Below are positions 49,041 through 62,110 of a stretch of DNA of 64,000 nt, one piece after another. The stretch spans positions 10,596,589 through 10,660,588 of the forward strand of contig NC_081362.1 in assembly GCF_030684315.1 (NCBI RefSeq), given 5' to 3'. The notes under the pieces are model-generated. The model made no database searches and was not told where the DNA came from. It was given only the letters and a program-made list of their open reading frames with translations. This DNA comes from Stegostoma tigrinum. Its lineage: Eukaryota. A program made the position numbers and the translations under genes. Numbering within the stretch: position 1 is the first letter of the stretch; every line of letters begins with the position of its first letter.

Positions 49041-49402
49041 TTCTTCCAGAACTTTATTCTTGAATAACTTACTTATTAAATCATCTTTTTTTGTATTTTT
49101 ATGTTTTCACTAAAGTTTTAATTTCAAGGCTGATTTACACTTTTGCCCAGATCTGTGATTCTATTCATAGAATTCAGTTTCTTAACGGAGGTGTTTAGAG
49201 GTAATATAATACAGCAAAGTGAAGGGTTAACAGGGGACGGGTGGGAACACACATAGGGCTGGAGTCAAAGGCAAGTGTGGAGAAAATTGTAGACACTGGA
49301 ATGTGCAGGCATAATGATGGAGATGTTAAATTGTGATGCTAGGAATGGGAAGTTGAAGTGAATCAACAAGGACCGGAAATTTTTAACAACATGAGGACTT
49401 AG

Positions 49403-52148
49403 AACATAGAACATTACAGCACAGTACAGGCCCTTCGGTCCTCGATGTTGTGCCGACCTGTCATACCAATTTGAAGCCCAACTAACCTACACTATTCCAT
49501 GTACGTCCATATGCTTATCCAATGACGACTTAAATGTACCTAAAGTTGGCGAATCTACTACCGTTGCAGGCAAAGCGTTCCATACCCATACTACTCTGAG
49601 TAAAGAAACCACCTCTGACATCTGTCCTATATCTTTCACCCCTCAATTTAAAGCTATGCCCCCTCATGCTCACCATCACTATCCTAGGAAAAAGGCTCTC
49701 CCTATCCACTCTATCTAACCCTCTGATTATTTTACATGTTTCAATTAAGTCACCTCTCAACCTTCTTCTCTCTAACAAAAACTGCCTCAAGTCCCTCAGC
49801 CTTTCCTCGTAAGACCTTCCCTCCATACCAGGCAACATCCTAGTAAATCTCCTCTGCACCCCTTCCAAAGCTTCCACATCCTTCTTATAATGCGGTGACC
49901 AGAATTGTACACAATACTCCAAGTGCGGCCGCACCAGAGTTTTGTACAGCTGCAGCATAACTTCTTGGTTCCGGAACTCGATCCCTCTATTAACAAAAGC
50001 TAAAACACTGTACGCCTTCTTAACAGCCCTGTCAACCTGGGTGGCAACTTTCAAGGATCTGTGTACATGTACATGGATCTCTCTGCTCATCTACACTACT
50101 AAGAATCTTACCATTAGCCCAGTACTTTGCCTTCTGGTTACTCCTACCAAAGTGCATCACCTCACACTTGTCTGCATTAAACTCCATTTGCCACTTCTCA
50201 GACCAGCTCTGCAGCTTATCTATGTCTCTCTGCAACCAACAGCATCCTTCGTCACTATCCACAACTCCACCGACCTTAGTGTCGTCTGCAAATTTACTAA
50301 CCCATCCTTCTACGCCCTTATCTAGGTCATTTATAAAAATGACAAACAGCAGTGGACCCAACACCGACCCTTGCAACACACCACTAGTAACTGGTCTCCA
50401 GGATGAACATTTCCCATCAACTACCACCCTCTGTCTTCTTTCGGCAAGCCAATTTCCAATCTAAACTGCTATATCTCCCACAATTCCATTCCTCCGCATT
50501 TTGTACAATAGCCTACTGTGGGGAACCTTATCAAACGCCTTGCTGAAATCCATATACACCACATCAACCGGTTTACTCTCATCTACTTGTTTGGTCACCT
50601 TCTCAAAGAATTCAATAAGGTTTGTGAGCACGACCTTCCCTTCACAAAACCATGCTGACTATCCCTAATCATTATATTCTTTTCTAGATGATTATAAATC
50701 CTATCCCTTATAACCTTTTCCAACACTTTACCAACAACTGAGGTAAGGCTCACTGGTCTATAATTACCAGGGCTGTCTCTACTCCTCTTCTTGAACAGGG
50801 GAACCACATTTGCTAGCCTCCAGTCATCTAGCACAATTCCTGTAGACAATGACGAGTTAAAGATCAATGCCAAAGGCTCTGCAATCTCCTCCCTGGCTTC
50901 CCAGAGGATCCTAGGATAAATCCCATCCGGCCTAGGGGACTTACCTATCTTCACCCTCTGCAGGATTTCTAATACCTCTTCCTTGTGAACCTCAATCCCA
51001 CCTAGTCTAGTAGCCTGTATCTCAGTATTCTCCTCAACAACATTGTCGTTTTCTAGAGCGAATACTGTTGAAAAATATTCATTTAGTGCTTCCCCTAGCT
51101 CCTCTGACTCCACACACAACTTCCCACGACTATCCTTGATTGGCCCTAATCTTACTTTCATCATTCTTTTATTCCTTAAATACCTATAGAAAGCCTTAGG
51201 GTTTACCCTGATCCTATCCGCCAACAACTTCCCATGTCTCCTCTTGGCTCTTCTGAGCTCTCTCTTTAAGTCTTTCCTGGCTACCTCTCAAGTGCCTTAA
51301 CTGAGCCTTCATATCTCATCCTAACATAAGCCTTCTTCCTCCTCTTGACCAGAGATTCCAACTCCTTCGTAAACCACGGCTCCAGCGCTCTACAGCTTCC
51401 TCCCTGCCTGACAGGTACATACTTATTTAGGACACACAGGAGCTTTTCCTTGAATAAGCTCCACATTTCTAATGTGCCCATCCCCTGCAGTTTCTTTCCC
51501 CATCCTATGCTCCCTAAATCTTGCCTAATCTCATCGTAATTGCCTTTTCCCCAGCTATAACTCTTGCCCAGTGGTATACACATATCCCTTTCCATCACTA
51601 AAGTAAACATAACAGAATTGTGATCGCTATCACCAAAGTGCTCACCTACTTCCAAATCTATCACCTGGAGGGACTCATTATCCAGTACCAAATCTAATGT
51701 GGCTTTGCCCCTTGTTGGCCTATCTCCATACTGTGTCAGGAAGCCCTCCTGCACCCACTGGACAAAAACTGACCCATCTATAGTATTTGATCTATAGTGT
51801 TCCCAGTCAATATTTGGAAAGTTGGAGTCACCCATGACAACTACCCTGTCTCTCTCACTCCTATCGAGAATCATCTTTGCTATCCTTTCCTCTACACCTC
51901 TGGAACTATTCGGAGGCCTATAGAAAACTCCCAACAGTGTGACCTCTCCTTTCCTGTTTCTAACCTCAGCCCATACTACCTCAGTTGACGAGTCCCCAAA
52001 CATCCTTTCTGCAACTGTAATACTGTCCTTGACCAACAATGCCACACCTCCCCCTCTTTTACCATCTTCTCTGTTCTTACTGAAACATCTAAATCTCGGA
52101 ACCTGCAACAACCATTTCTGTCCCTGCTCTATCCATGTCTCCGAAATA
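49403..52148 (-). mobile_element. Young CR1 LINE, most of ORF2 (APE + RT) and 3' UTR; 5'-truncated, frameshifted into four ORFs
   Basis: ORFs 51281-52168 (GGGVALLVK, GVFYRPP, GDSDH), 50595-51227 (NYRPVSLTS), 50032-50427 (QGSVLGP, KFADDTK), 49530-50090; (gttctat)n tail; candidate TSD gacttag. Confidence 0.97.
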
Positions 52149-52162
52149 GACTTAGGCAGTTG

Positions 52163-52482
52163 AAACATAGAAACATAGAAAGTAGGTACAGGAGTAGGCC
52201 ATTTGACCGTTCAAGCCTGTTCCACCATTCAATATGATCATGGCTGATCCAGATGTATATCTATCCCACTCTCACTTTCGCTCCATATCCCTTGATCCCT
52301 TTAGCCACAAGGGCCACATCCAGCTTCCTCTTGAACATATCTAACATAGTGGCCCCAACTGCTTTCTGTGGTAAAGAATTCCACAGGTTCACAACTCTCT
52401 GAGGGAAGAAATTGTTCCTAATCTCAGTCCTGAATGGCTTACCCCTTATTCTTAGACTGTCACCCCTAGTTCTGGACTTGCC
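52163..52482 (-). mobile_element. CR1 3' end, different subfamily
   Basis: (gaaacata)n tail in reverse, followed by a CR1 UTR and ORF end. Confidence 0.8.
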
Positions 52483-52499
52483 TAACTTTTTTTCTCAAA

Positions 52500-52843
52500 T
52501 AATAGTCAAAGAATCCCTACAGTGTGGAAGCAAGCCATTTGACCATCAAGTCCACACTGACTCTCTAAAGGGTCCTCCCAGACCATCCCAATAACCCTGC
52601 ATTTCCCATGGCTAACCCACCTAGCCTGCACACCCCTGGACACTATGGGCTAGTTGGCTTGGCCAATTCACCTAATTTCTACATTTTTGGATTGTGAGAA
52701 GAAATCAGAGCACCCAGAGGAAACAAATGCAGACGTGGGGAGAACATGCAAAAACTCCACACAGACAGTCACTTGAGGATGGATTAAATGTGGGTCTCTG
52801 ATACTGTGAGGCAGCAGTGCTAACTACTGAGCCACCATGCCAC
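52500..52843 (-). mobile_element. V-SINE (HE1-like)
   Basis: Reverse match to the other copies. Confidence 0.85.
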
Positions 52844-52864
52844 CACAATTTTGACAATTGGTTG

Positions 52865-53400
52865 ACTGATTTATTGTCACATGTACCAAAATACAGTGAA
52901 AAGCTTTGTTTGTTTACAAGCGGTCCAAGCAGATCATAGTAAGCAAAGGATGTGCAGATCAAAAAAGACTTAGAGGCATACAGGTTACAGTGCATGCGCT
53001 AAGTGAGATCAACATTAGAAAGATCAATCATTATTTGAGTCTAGGCAATGATCGGGAAGAAGCTGTTCCTGAACTTGCTCGATCCTGTGTTCAGATTTCT
53101 ATATCTTCAGCCTGATGAAAGAGGGTGTAGGAGATCATTGTAGGAGGATCTTTGATGATGTTGGCAGGATTTAGCCGTGGAGAATGAGAAGTTGTTAACC
53201 AAATGGAGGTGACAAAAGTATGGAAAAGCAGAGGAGCTGAAGTCAGGGCAAAAGTGAATAAGTGGTAGAAATGAAAGTAAGTATTCACTGTGGTGGAGTC
53301 TAAAATATGTTTCATTGTACAACAGGATAGCCATGTTGTAAACAATATGGTTCAGTCTGAGACCATAGATAGGGAGGAGGATAGGGTGTGTATCCTGGGC
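52865..53400 (-). mobile_element. Probable Rex1/Babar-like LINE 3' fragment
   Basis: Starts tttattgtcacatgtacc..tacagtgaaaag; related termini at ~20150, 23790, 29800, 38100 and 60160; remnant TLFHQAE..ANIIKDP on the minus strand. Confidence 0.5.
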
Positions 53401-53697
53401 AGTGGCCAAAAACCACAGCTAACCTTATTTCCCAGATTAGACAGATGCAAATTCCCATTTCCCTCCTTGGTCATTCCTTATGTCTGGAGCCCTCCTATCC
53501 TTTACAGTCACGTAAGCTCTCTATTCCATAAAAATCATACAAACCTGATTTTAAGCTAACTGGCTCTACAGAAATACTCTGTGTTTGTGGTAGATGCTGT
53601 TTTACACCATGTAAATAAAAACTGATATCTGGCCTGAAGTTGCTGAGCCATTAGAAAAACTTGTTTTCATTCTTGCATAGGATGAGATTGTTGCTGT

Positions 53698-53949
53698 TAA
53701 AGGCATCATTTATTGCCCATCCCTAATTGCCAGAGGGTAGGCAAGAGTCTGCTGTAGGCCAGCAGTTTCCTTCCCTAAAGGGGATTAATGAACCATGTGG
53801 GCTTTCCCCTGATAAATGATAGATGGTCATATTAGACTCTTACTTAATTCAAATTTCACCATCAGCCATCATGTGATTGAACCCTTAAACATTACTTGGA
53901 TGTCTCAATTAACAATGCAGTGATAACACCATTAGGCCATTGCTTCCCT
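53698..53949 (-). mobile_element. SINE-B with internal deletions
   Basis: Matches 8718-9079. Confidence 0.75.
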
Positions 53950-54804
53950 AAAGGTGCATGGGGGCTTTAAAAAGAGACATTTTGAATCACATCGCACTGA
54001 AAAATATAGTTTAAAAGCATAGTTGAAAGGAAAAAAATGGAGAATTAGAATTTTACATTTGTGTTGAATTAATTTGACTAATTACTGGGTTATTACAAAT
54101 ATTCAGCATGAAGGGAAGACAACACCTATTAACTAATGCTGAAGATAAGTTTTTATATTCAGGTGTGGTTTTTTTTCAGTGATTACTTCACCCTTGCTCA
54201 GGATGTATTCTCAGAATGACAAAGAATCCACACTGAAAAACATAAATCATTTGTTTGCTGCATAGATGGTGTCAGTCCTGTTAACAGTTTTAGTATTTTT
54301 CATCAACTTGTTTAAAGTAACACTAGACTTGATCATGAATGAAGTTGGGCTAGGGTGTATTGTGGTAGACTACTAAACTGTTGTTTCCAGGGAAATTATC
54401 TGCTCAGATCCTTTTAGTCAAAAATAATCTTCATCAGGCTTTTACACTCGATTTGATGCCAGCTAATGGTGATACCAGTCGAATCAAGTCTGACAATGAA
54501 ACTTGGCTTGGCGGAACAAATGTTTTATTTTTGTCAATCGGTTATGTAGCAATCAGTCACTAAACAAATTCACATGAGACTGTCAATGTACTTTTAGTGT
54601 ACACAACAAAATTATACGTATCTATTAAAAAAATTAGAAAAATTTTACACATAGCCACAAAATTTCCCAGCACAATCCTTTACAGATACTCAATCACAAT
54701 GAAATATTACTCCTAGTTTCACCTACACTCCCCCGATTTTTTTTTCAGATGCACAGATCTCCATGTTGCATGCATGGCAATGACTTCCACAAACAGGAGT
54801 ATGG

Positions 54805-55443
54805 GTCAGCATGGAAACAGACCCTTTGGTCCAACCAGTCCATGCCGAACATAATCCCAAACTAAAATAGTCATACCTGCCTATTTGTGGTCCTCATCCC
54901 TACAAACCTTTCCCATTCATTTGCTTATCAAAATATATTTTAAACATTGTAAATTACACCCATATCTACCACTTCCTCATTCCACACAAAACCCCACTCT
55001 CTGTAAAAACTTTGTCCCTCATGTCTTTTTTAAATATCTCTCTCCTCTCACCTTAAAAATGTGCCCACTGGTCTTATAATCCCCCATCCTATGGAGAAAA
55101 CAACTATCATTAACCCTATCTATACTGCCCAGTATTTTATAAACTTCTATAAAGTTGCTTCTCAACATCCTGTGCTCCAGCAAAAAAAACCCGGCCTATC
55201 CAGCCTTTCTTAATAACTAAAACATTCCCAGTAATATCCTGGTAAATCTCTTCTGAGTCCTCTTGGGCTTAACAATATCCTTCCTAGTAACTGAGCAACC
55301 AGAATTGGACACAGTATTTCAGAAGAGGCCTCAAAATGTCCTGTACAAGCTCAGCATGACTTCCCAATTCCTATATTCAAAGGACTTAGCAATGAAGGCA
55401 AGCATGCCAAATATCTTTTTAACCACTCTGTCTATATGTGACA
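54805..55443 (-). mobile_element. CR1 3' fragment
   Basis: Reverse match to 31540-32160. Confidence 0.85.
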
Positions 55444-56175
55444 TTCAGCAAGTGCAGGATATCCCAGCAGCTGCACGTCTTAGAGAGAGTGTTGTTCTTC
55501 ATTTCGTTTCTTCTTCAATTGAGGAGATCACAAGCATTTCCTTTCAACAAATGTTTACACTTTCACCAGATGTGATTTTTCCATTTTACCCCAAGACACA
55601 CAGACACAGACTAACTCACTGTCTTCGTTGCTGAACTCTTAGGAAAAAGTCTCAGTACTTTTTACCATTTCCTGACCACTTTTCAGTTTTTAAACAGCGC
55701 ATCTGCCAGAATGGATCTCCTGAACTGAACCTGTTTCTGGTCTCTGGCCTCTCTTTCTCTGGGTTGTAAAATTTTAATTTAGTAAACACTTCAGCAATTA
55801 TCTCACCAGTAGGTAATCTAGTCAGTCAACTCTAATCACATGATTTCCTGGAATTCCTAATTTGACCAGCACTTTCTCTCATACAATATAAAATATCATC
55901 CCTTTTGTAATAATATTATTATAAATTGACCCGATGAATGCAAATCAAAAATCAAATTGTGTCCTTCATTTTGGCAATACTCAACAGATTTAAAGAAGGA
56001 ATGTCCTTGACATTTTGTGTGCATAGCGTATTCACTCCATAGGTACTGAGTAAACTTTACAATGTTTTCTATTTTTATTTCAGATTTCCAGCATCTAAGT
56101 TATTTTATTTTGATAATAAAGGCACAGAATTCACATTGAGAGGAAGCTCAATTCATCTGTGGAAACTGTGATTTT

Positions 56176-56529
56176 CTTTATTCATTCATGGGATAAGGGC
56201 GTCGCTGGCTAAGCAGCATTTATTGCCCATCCTTAATTGCCCAGAGAGCAGTTAAGAGTCAAAAACATTGTAGTGGGTCTGGAGTCACATATAGGCCAGA
56301 CTAACTAAGCATGACAGTTTCTTTCCTTAAAGGAATTAATGAACCAGATGGATTTTTCCAACAATTGGCAATGTATTCATGGTCATCATTAGATTCTTAA
56401 TTCCTGGTCTTTATTGAATTCAAATTCCACCATCTGCTATGGCAGGATTCAAACCCAGGCCCCCAGAATGTTATCCTGGGTCTCTGGATTAATAGTCCAG
56501 CAATAATATCACTAGGCCATCACCTCCCC
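56176..56529 (-). mobile_element. SINE-B, full length
   Basis: Minus strand ggggaggtgatggcctagtga..gggtttgaatcc..gggcaataaatgctgcttagccagcgacgcc..cccatgaatgaa. Confidence 0.88.
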
Positions 56530-57431
56530 ATAGCTACTTATATGAGTAAAAGTGTTAGGAAAAACTGCCAGTCTGTTGGGATATTCTCAGTCCATTTGAA
56601 TTCTAAACTACATTATCATCAAAGTCTGCACTTGAATTTCATCTTCAGTTTAGAAATGTTGCATGCTTGTACAATAATAGGTAAAACCATATGATCAAAT
56701 TGGTGGCTCCGACTTTTAAGATATTATTAAGATGCCTTAGCAATTTGCTTTTAATTATTAACACGTGAGAAGCAATTACTTTCAACAGGCCAAAAGAAGT
56801 CACCGACTGAAATAACAAAAGGGTTGACAAGAATTAATAAATGCTCGCCTTTCAAAGTATCATGCAGTGCTTTTATTTGATCACTTACAGGAAATGAAAA
56901 TAAACTATAAACAATACTGCATGTCAAGGTACTGACAGAAAATAACAAACTTCTGCTCCTGAAAGCAGCAGACTACAAAATCACAAAAGGAGAAGAGATG
57001 TTCATCCTAATTGACTTATTAATGAAGAAAATCTTTGGTCCACTGATGTATACTTTCTATTTCTGAAAGTTGTGTTTAGCAGTCTATCTTGTTACCAAGC
57101 GTCCAACATCAACAGCAGGACTCTGCTAGAAGGAGCTCCATGCAGGTAGCTGGTGAATTCACTGTGGTTAGCTGTGTGCAGTCTAGCGATGGAAACTGAT
57201 GATGCAACTGTGGCTACTTACTTGCATGACTGTCCAGATATATATTCAACTTATAAGTCAAATCCAGACGGTTTCATCACCCCAAAACCAGGTCCATTGT
57301 ACAACTGACTGATACTTGTGAACTACCTGACCGATCTCTACATGGTTCACCCATAAACTTTGTGCCATTCACCAGCAGAGGGAGTTCCATTCAAGTCTCC
57401 TAGAAATCCTTGGTGAAACTCCAGTGTAACT

Positions 57432-57720
57432 TAGAAACCATGAGCAAGAGTAGGCTGTTCAGCCCTTCAAGCCTGCTTTGCCATTCAATAGGATCATGGT
57501 TGATCATCCAACTCAGTCCCCTGTTCCTGCTTTCTCTCCATACCCTGTGATCCCTTTAGCCCTAAGCACAATATCTAACCCCTTCTTCAAACATTCAATG
57601 TTTAAACTTCAACAGCTTTCTGTGGCAGAGATTTCCATAGACTCACCATATTCCCTGGGTGAAGAAATTCCTCCGCATCTCAGTCCTCAATGGCCTAACC
57701 TGCATCCTTGGACTTATCAC
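57432..57720 (-). mobile_element. CR1 3' end
   Basis: RPLRTEMRRNFFTQ plus UTR. Confidence 0.8.
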
Positions 57721-58014
57721 CCTTCTTAAGTGTAAGAAGTGCAGACTGTGCAAATTACAGACAATCACTACCACCGCCAGCCTCCAGGCACCAAGGAAAT
57801 GTTCATATCTCTGGACGAAAAAGTAACAGACTCCCAGCAACAACAGAATACTGTGTAGCGTGATGGCAAGTGGTGCTCTCCATCCAAAGCAAGGATTGAA
57901 CTTTTCACCCATGGCTTCATTCCATGTTGGTATTGTTTTACTCACTTAGGTACTGGCTGTGGTTACTGGGCATTTTGTGAGAAAAGCAAGCAGAGGAAGC
58001 ATCATTTATTACTG

Positions 58015-58360
58015 GGTTCAACAAGGTAGATGCAGTTAGACTATTTCCTCTTGTGAAAGAATCTCAGGCCAGAGGGCAGAATATCAGAGTAAGGGATCAC
58101 CCATTTAAGACTGATATTAGGAAGAATTTCTTCTCTCAACAGATGTCTAGGGAGTTCTTTGTCATAGAGGGCTGTCAGGGCTAGCTCACAAAGTATATTC
58201 AAAGCTGAGACTGTCAGATATTTAGTCAGTTTAGGGAATCAAGGATTATGGGGAAAAGGCAGGAAAGTAGAGTTGAGATTATTGGATCAGCCATCATCTC
58301 ATTGATCGGTAGAGCGGGCTTAATGTGCCAAATGGTTACTTCTGCTTCCTATGGTTTCCC
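58015..58360 (+). mobile_element. CR1 3' end
   Basis: ..ccatttaagactgatattaggaagaatttcttctctca..gatcagccatcatctcattga. Confidence 0.75.
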
Positions 58361-58489
58361 TATGACATCCAAGCATTTCTCCATGAAATATAAGATTTGT
58401 ACTTCAAACTGTTGGGTATTTCTTTCAACATGTTGGGTGTCAACATCATTCATGCCATCTGCAAGGAGCTGACCGCTAGTTTTTTAAAA

Positions 58490-59455
58490 AATTCTTTTGG
58501 GGGACATGGGCATCACTGGCTGGGCTGGCATTTATTATCCATCTCTAGTTGCCCTCAAGAAGGTGGTGGTGAGCTGCCTTCTTGAACCACTGCAGTCCAC
58601 CTGCTGCAGGTGGACCCACAATGCCGTGAGGGAGGGAATTCCAGGATTTTGACCCAGCGACAGTGAAGGAACAACGATATATTTGCAAGTCAGGATGGTG
58701 AGTGTCTTGGAGGGGAGCTAGCAGGTGGTGGTGTTACTATGTGATTGCTGCCCTAATAAAAACCGAAAGAACTGCGAATGCTGTTTAGGAACAAAAACAA
58801 ATTTGCTGGAAAAGGTCAGCAGGTCTGGCAGCATCTGTGAAGGAAAAAACAGAGTTAATGTTTCGGGTCCGGTGACCTTCCCTCAGAACTGATGGTGAAT
58901 TTCTGCAGTGCATCTTGTAAATAGTATACGCTGCTGCTACTGAGCATTGATGATAGAGGGAGTGGGTGTCATTTCAATCAAGTGGGCTGCTTTGTCCTAG
59001 GTGGCATCAAGCTTTTCCAATGTTGTTGGAGCTATATTCATCCAGGTAAGTGGGGAGCATTTCATCATACTCCAACTTGTGCCTTGTAGATGGTGGACAG
59101 GCTTTGAGGAGTCAGAAAGTGAGTTATTCACTGCAGTATTTATAGCTTATGACCTGCTCTTGCAGTCACTGGCAAGTCCATTTGAGTTTCTGGTCAATGG
59201 TAAGCCCCAGGATGTTGATAGTGAAGTAATTCAGTGATGGTAACGCCATTGAATGTAAAGTGACAGTGGTTAGAGTGTCTCTTATTGGACACGGTCATTG
59301 CCTGGCACTTGTGTGATGTGACTGTTACTTGCCACTTGTCAGCCCAATATTGTCCAGGTCTTGTTGCATTTGAACATGAACTGCTTCAGTATCTGAGGAG
59401 TTGTGAATAGCAATGAACAGTGTGCAATCATCAGCAAGAAATCCAACTTATCACC
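58490..59455 (-). mobile_element. 3' part of the LINE sharing its tail with SINE-B, interrupted by a family B pLTR at 58757-58890
   Basis: Tail matches SINE-B; minus strand encodes AVHVQMQQDLDNI..KWQVTV..KCQAMT and WSMMKCSPLTWM. Confidence 0.8.
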
Positions 59456-60715
59456 TTCATACCAAGGCTAAACAACAAGAGAAAGAAGTGAAACCCTTAC
59501 TGGGGGTTACGCTAGCAACCTTTCACACTATGGACCAGAGAAGAAACCAATAAATTCTTTAACGTCACAGCAAAATCCTTACGTACATTATCCCAACCCA
59601 AAATCTTTGCACTCTTCTCACTTAACCTCTCCAATCACAACTTTCATACAGTGCTTACATTCAGGTATTGTCCCCTTACATATCTCAGCTTGCATTGATA
59701 CAAGTATTTATTTTAAATTTGTGAACATTACACTAAGTTAGGAGCCAGACAAATTAGTTCAGATTTCTTCTCTCAGTTGGGGATCCTCTTCAAGGTTGTG
59801 GGAGATCACTTCTGTTGTCCTCTGGCAGAACACTTAGAGAAAGGCAAGGGTGAAGTGCTACCACTGCCGGCCTGGCTCTGATATTCTTTACAGTGGAAGT
59901 TGAGGATATAGCTTGTTTTGCATCGTAAACTATGAGTTCAACTGCTACGGGAGGCAGTATCAGGGGCAAGGAGAGAAACCACCTGCCCCAGTACTGCTCT
60001 TGGCTTAGAAACCTGGATCCATTCCCACCTCCCAGCCCGCTCCAACACATCAGCCTTGACCCCCAACCCAAGCACAGCAAGCCCCCTAGAGCAATATCCT
60101 GGTAATTGGACCTCAGATGATATCTATCCACTGTGAATGTACATGTTAGAATAGCCTTTACTGTCACATGCGCTCGAATGAGTGCACTAAAAAGTTTGCG
60201 ATGTCACCTGTCAGCGCCATCTTACGTACCGGGTACCCAGGTGCAGATATTTTAAGTGTTGTTACAGGTTTGAAATAATGAAACAATAAAGTCTAGCATG
60301 GTAATACAGAGCTTTTAAAAAAAAGTGCAGAAAGAGAATACAAATTTATCTTTAAAGTACTCAAGTTATAGTCCTTTCTCACTGAGTCCATGCCCACCAA
60401 GCTTCAGAGCACAAGGCCTCACTGCCTCAATGCTTTGGCATCACCCCCGGCTACACCTCCCCCCCATCTCCGTCTGTACTGCTCCTGCTCCCGCCCCCAA
60501 CCCCGGCCACAGCACGTCTCCAGCACTGGGGTAGTCTCGGACTCCGTTCTCCATTCCCTCCAGGTAGGGTACATTAAGAAGTTAAAAGTTCGGGGGGGAG
60601 TTGGGTCGTGAGGAAACAAAATTGCAGCAAGAGGGAAAAGGAGGGAAAAAGGAGCTGGCAAGCAGAGGAGCTCTAGCTGGAGTGCCTTACTCTGCCACCA
60701 TCGACAAAAATAGTA

Positions 60716-60938
60716 CAGATGCAGGAAATCAGAAACAAAAAAAGAACTGGCATGCAAGTCTCAGCTGATCTGGCAACATTTGTAGAGGGGAATCAGAGTG
60801 AATGTTTCAAGTCCAGTGACCCTTCTTCAGAGCTCACTTCTGAAGAAGGGTCACCAGATCTGAAACGTTAACTCTGATTTCTCTCCGCAGATGCTGCCAG
60901 GCCTGCTGAGATTTTCCAGCAATTTCTGTTTTTGTCTG
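60716..60938. mobile_element. Head-to-head pair of PLE pLTRs, family B
   Basis: ..gacccttcttcagagctcacttctgaagaagggtc..; right arm CTGAAGA..GAAACGTTA at 60840-60870; no clear TSD. Confidence 0.8.
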
Positions 60939-61019
60939 TGTTTGTAATTGAGCTTGCTGACACTGCCACTCTCCTCCACACTCACCTTCCCTCCCCGCCA
61001 CCTTCCCATTCTGGACTCT

Positions 61020-61335
61020 GAGCAGTGAAATCATCAATGAAACTAGCTATCCAGTACCCCAGACTACATTGGAACATGGGTTCAAATCCCAGCATGGCAC
61101 TTGGTGAAATTTGAACTTGTTAAAAATCTGGATTTAAAAGAACCTAGCCTTATGGCAATTATGTAGCCAGGGTCGATCATTGTAAAAACCCATCTGGTTC
61201 ATTAATATCCTTCGGGGAGGGAAATCTGCCACCTTCACCTGGTCTGGTCTACGTGTGACTCCAGACCCACAGAAGATAATTGTCTCTTAACTGCCCTCTG
61301 GGCCATTAGACCTGGGCAACCTGGCCTAGACAGTA
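61020..61335 (+). mobile_element. SINE-B, degenerate
   Basis: gggttcaaatccc..aaaacccatctggttcattaat..tgtgactccagacccacag. Confidence 0.8.
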
Positions 61336-61559
61336 ACACACAATTTATCACAGAGCAGAGCAGATGTGTAATACAGTACTCATCTGGGGTCAAACCGAAC
61401 ATTGCTTTTTCAAATGGTCAGCTTCACTCTGAATGAACATATTTTTAAAAACGCCAGCCCTGGATTCAGCACAATTTCTTCCAACTTGAAGAGCAAAACC
61501 ATCATCTTTAATTCCCATTCCAAGCAAGTTATTCCATCCTCCTCACCAGTCACTGCCTC

Positions 61560-62110
61560 AGAGTGATGCTGTTTGAAACTGCAACATTCCATTTGACCCA
61601 AGATGAGTGCTCAATCACATATCTGCTTCTTGACAACAGGTTCCTCTGCAGCATCTTCCATCCTCGTCAACTCATATGCTGCTGAAACACAGACCCAATG
61701 CTCCATCAATACTAGAGTCAACTAATGAAAAAAATGCTCCCCTGGTTTGTCTTAACACCTTTCACCCGTTAGCCCATTAATATTACTGCATCTGTATCTT
61801 AATGAGCTCTAAGTCCTGCTCACTTACTACTCACTCTTCCTAGCGACCTATATTAGTTCCTAGACCCACAACACTTCCAAATTAAAATTCACACCATGTC
61901 ATATTTAAATATCTTGCCAGCTATTTCGTCTGCACCTCCTCACCTCACCTCAGCCCCTCAAAAGACTGAAAACTCTGCGACACTCCAACTTTGGTCCTTC
62001 ACGAATCCGTCACTCCTTTTCGGCTTGACAAATCTTTGCAAAGTCGAGAATGGTGGATTACTGCACTGGTGTCAGTCTGTTGTACATTGAGTAGCTCAGA
62101 TGACATTGAA
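61560..62110 (+). mobile_element. L2-like LINE C-terminal remnant
   Basis: Degenerate AAETQTQ..TRVN and DLY*F..FQIKI motifs. Confidence 0.4.
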
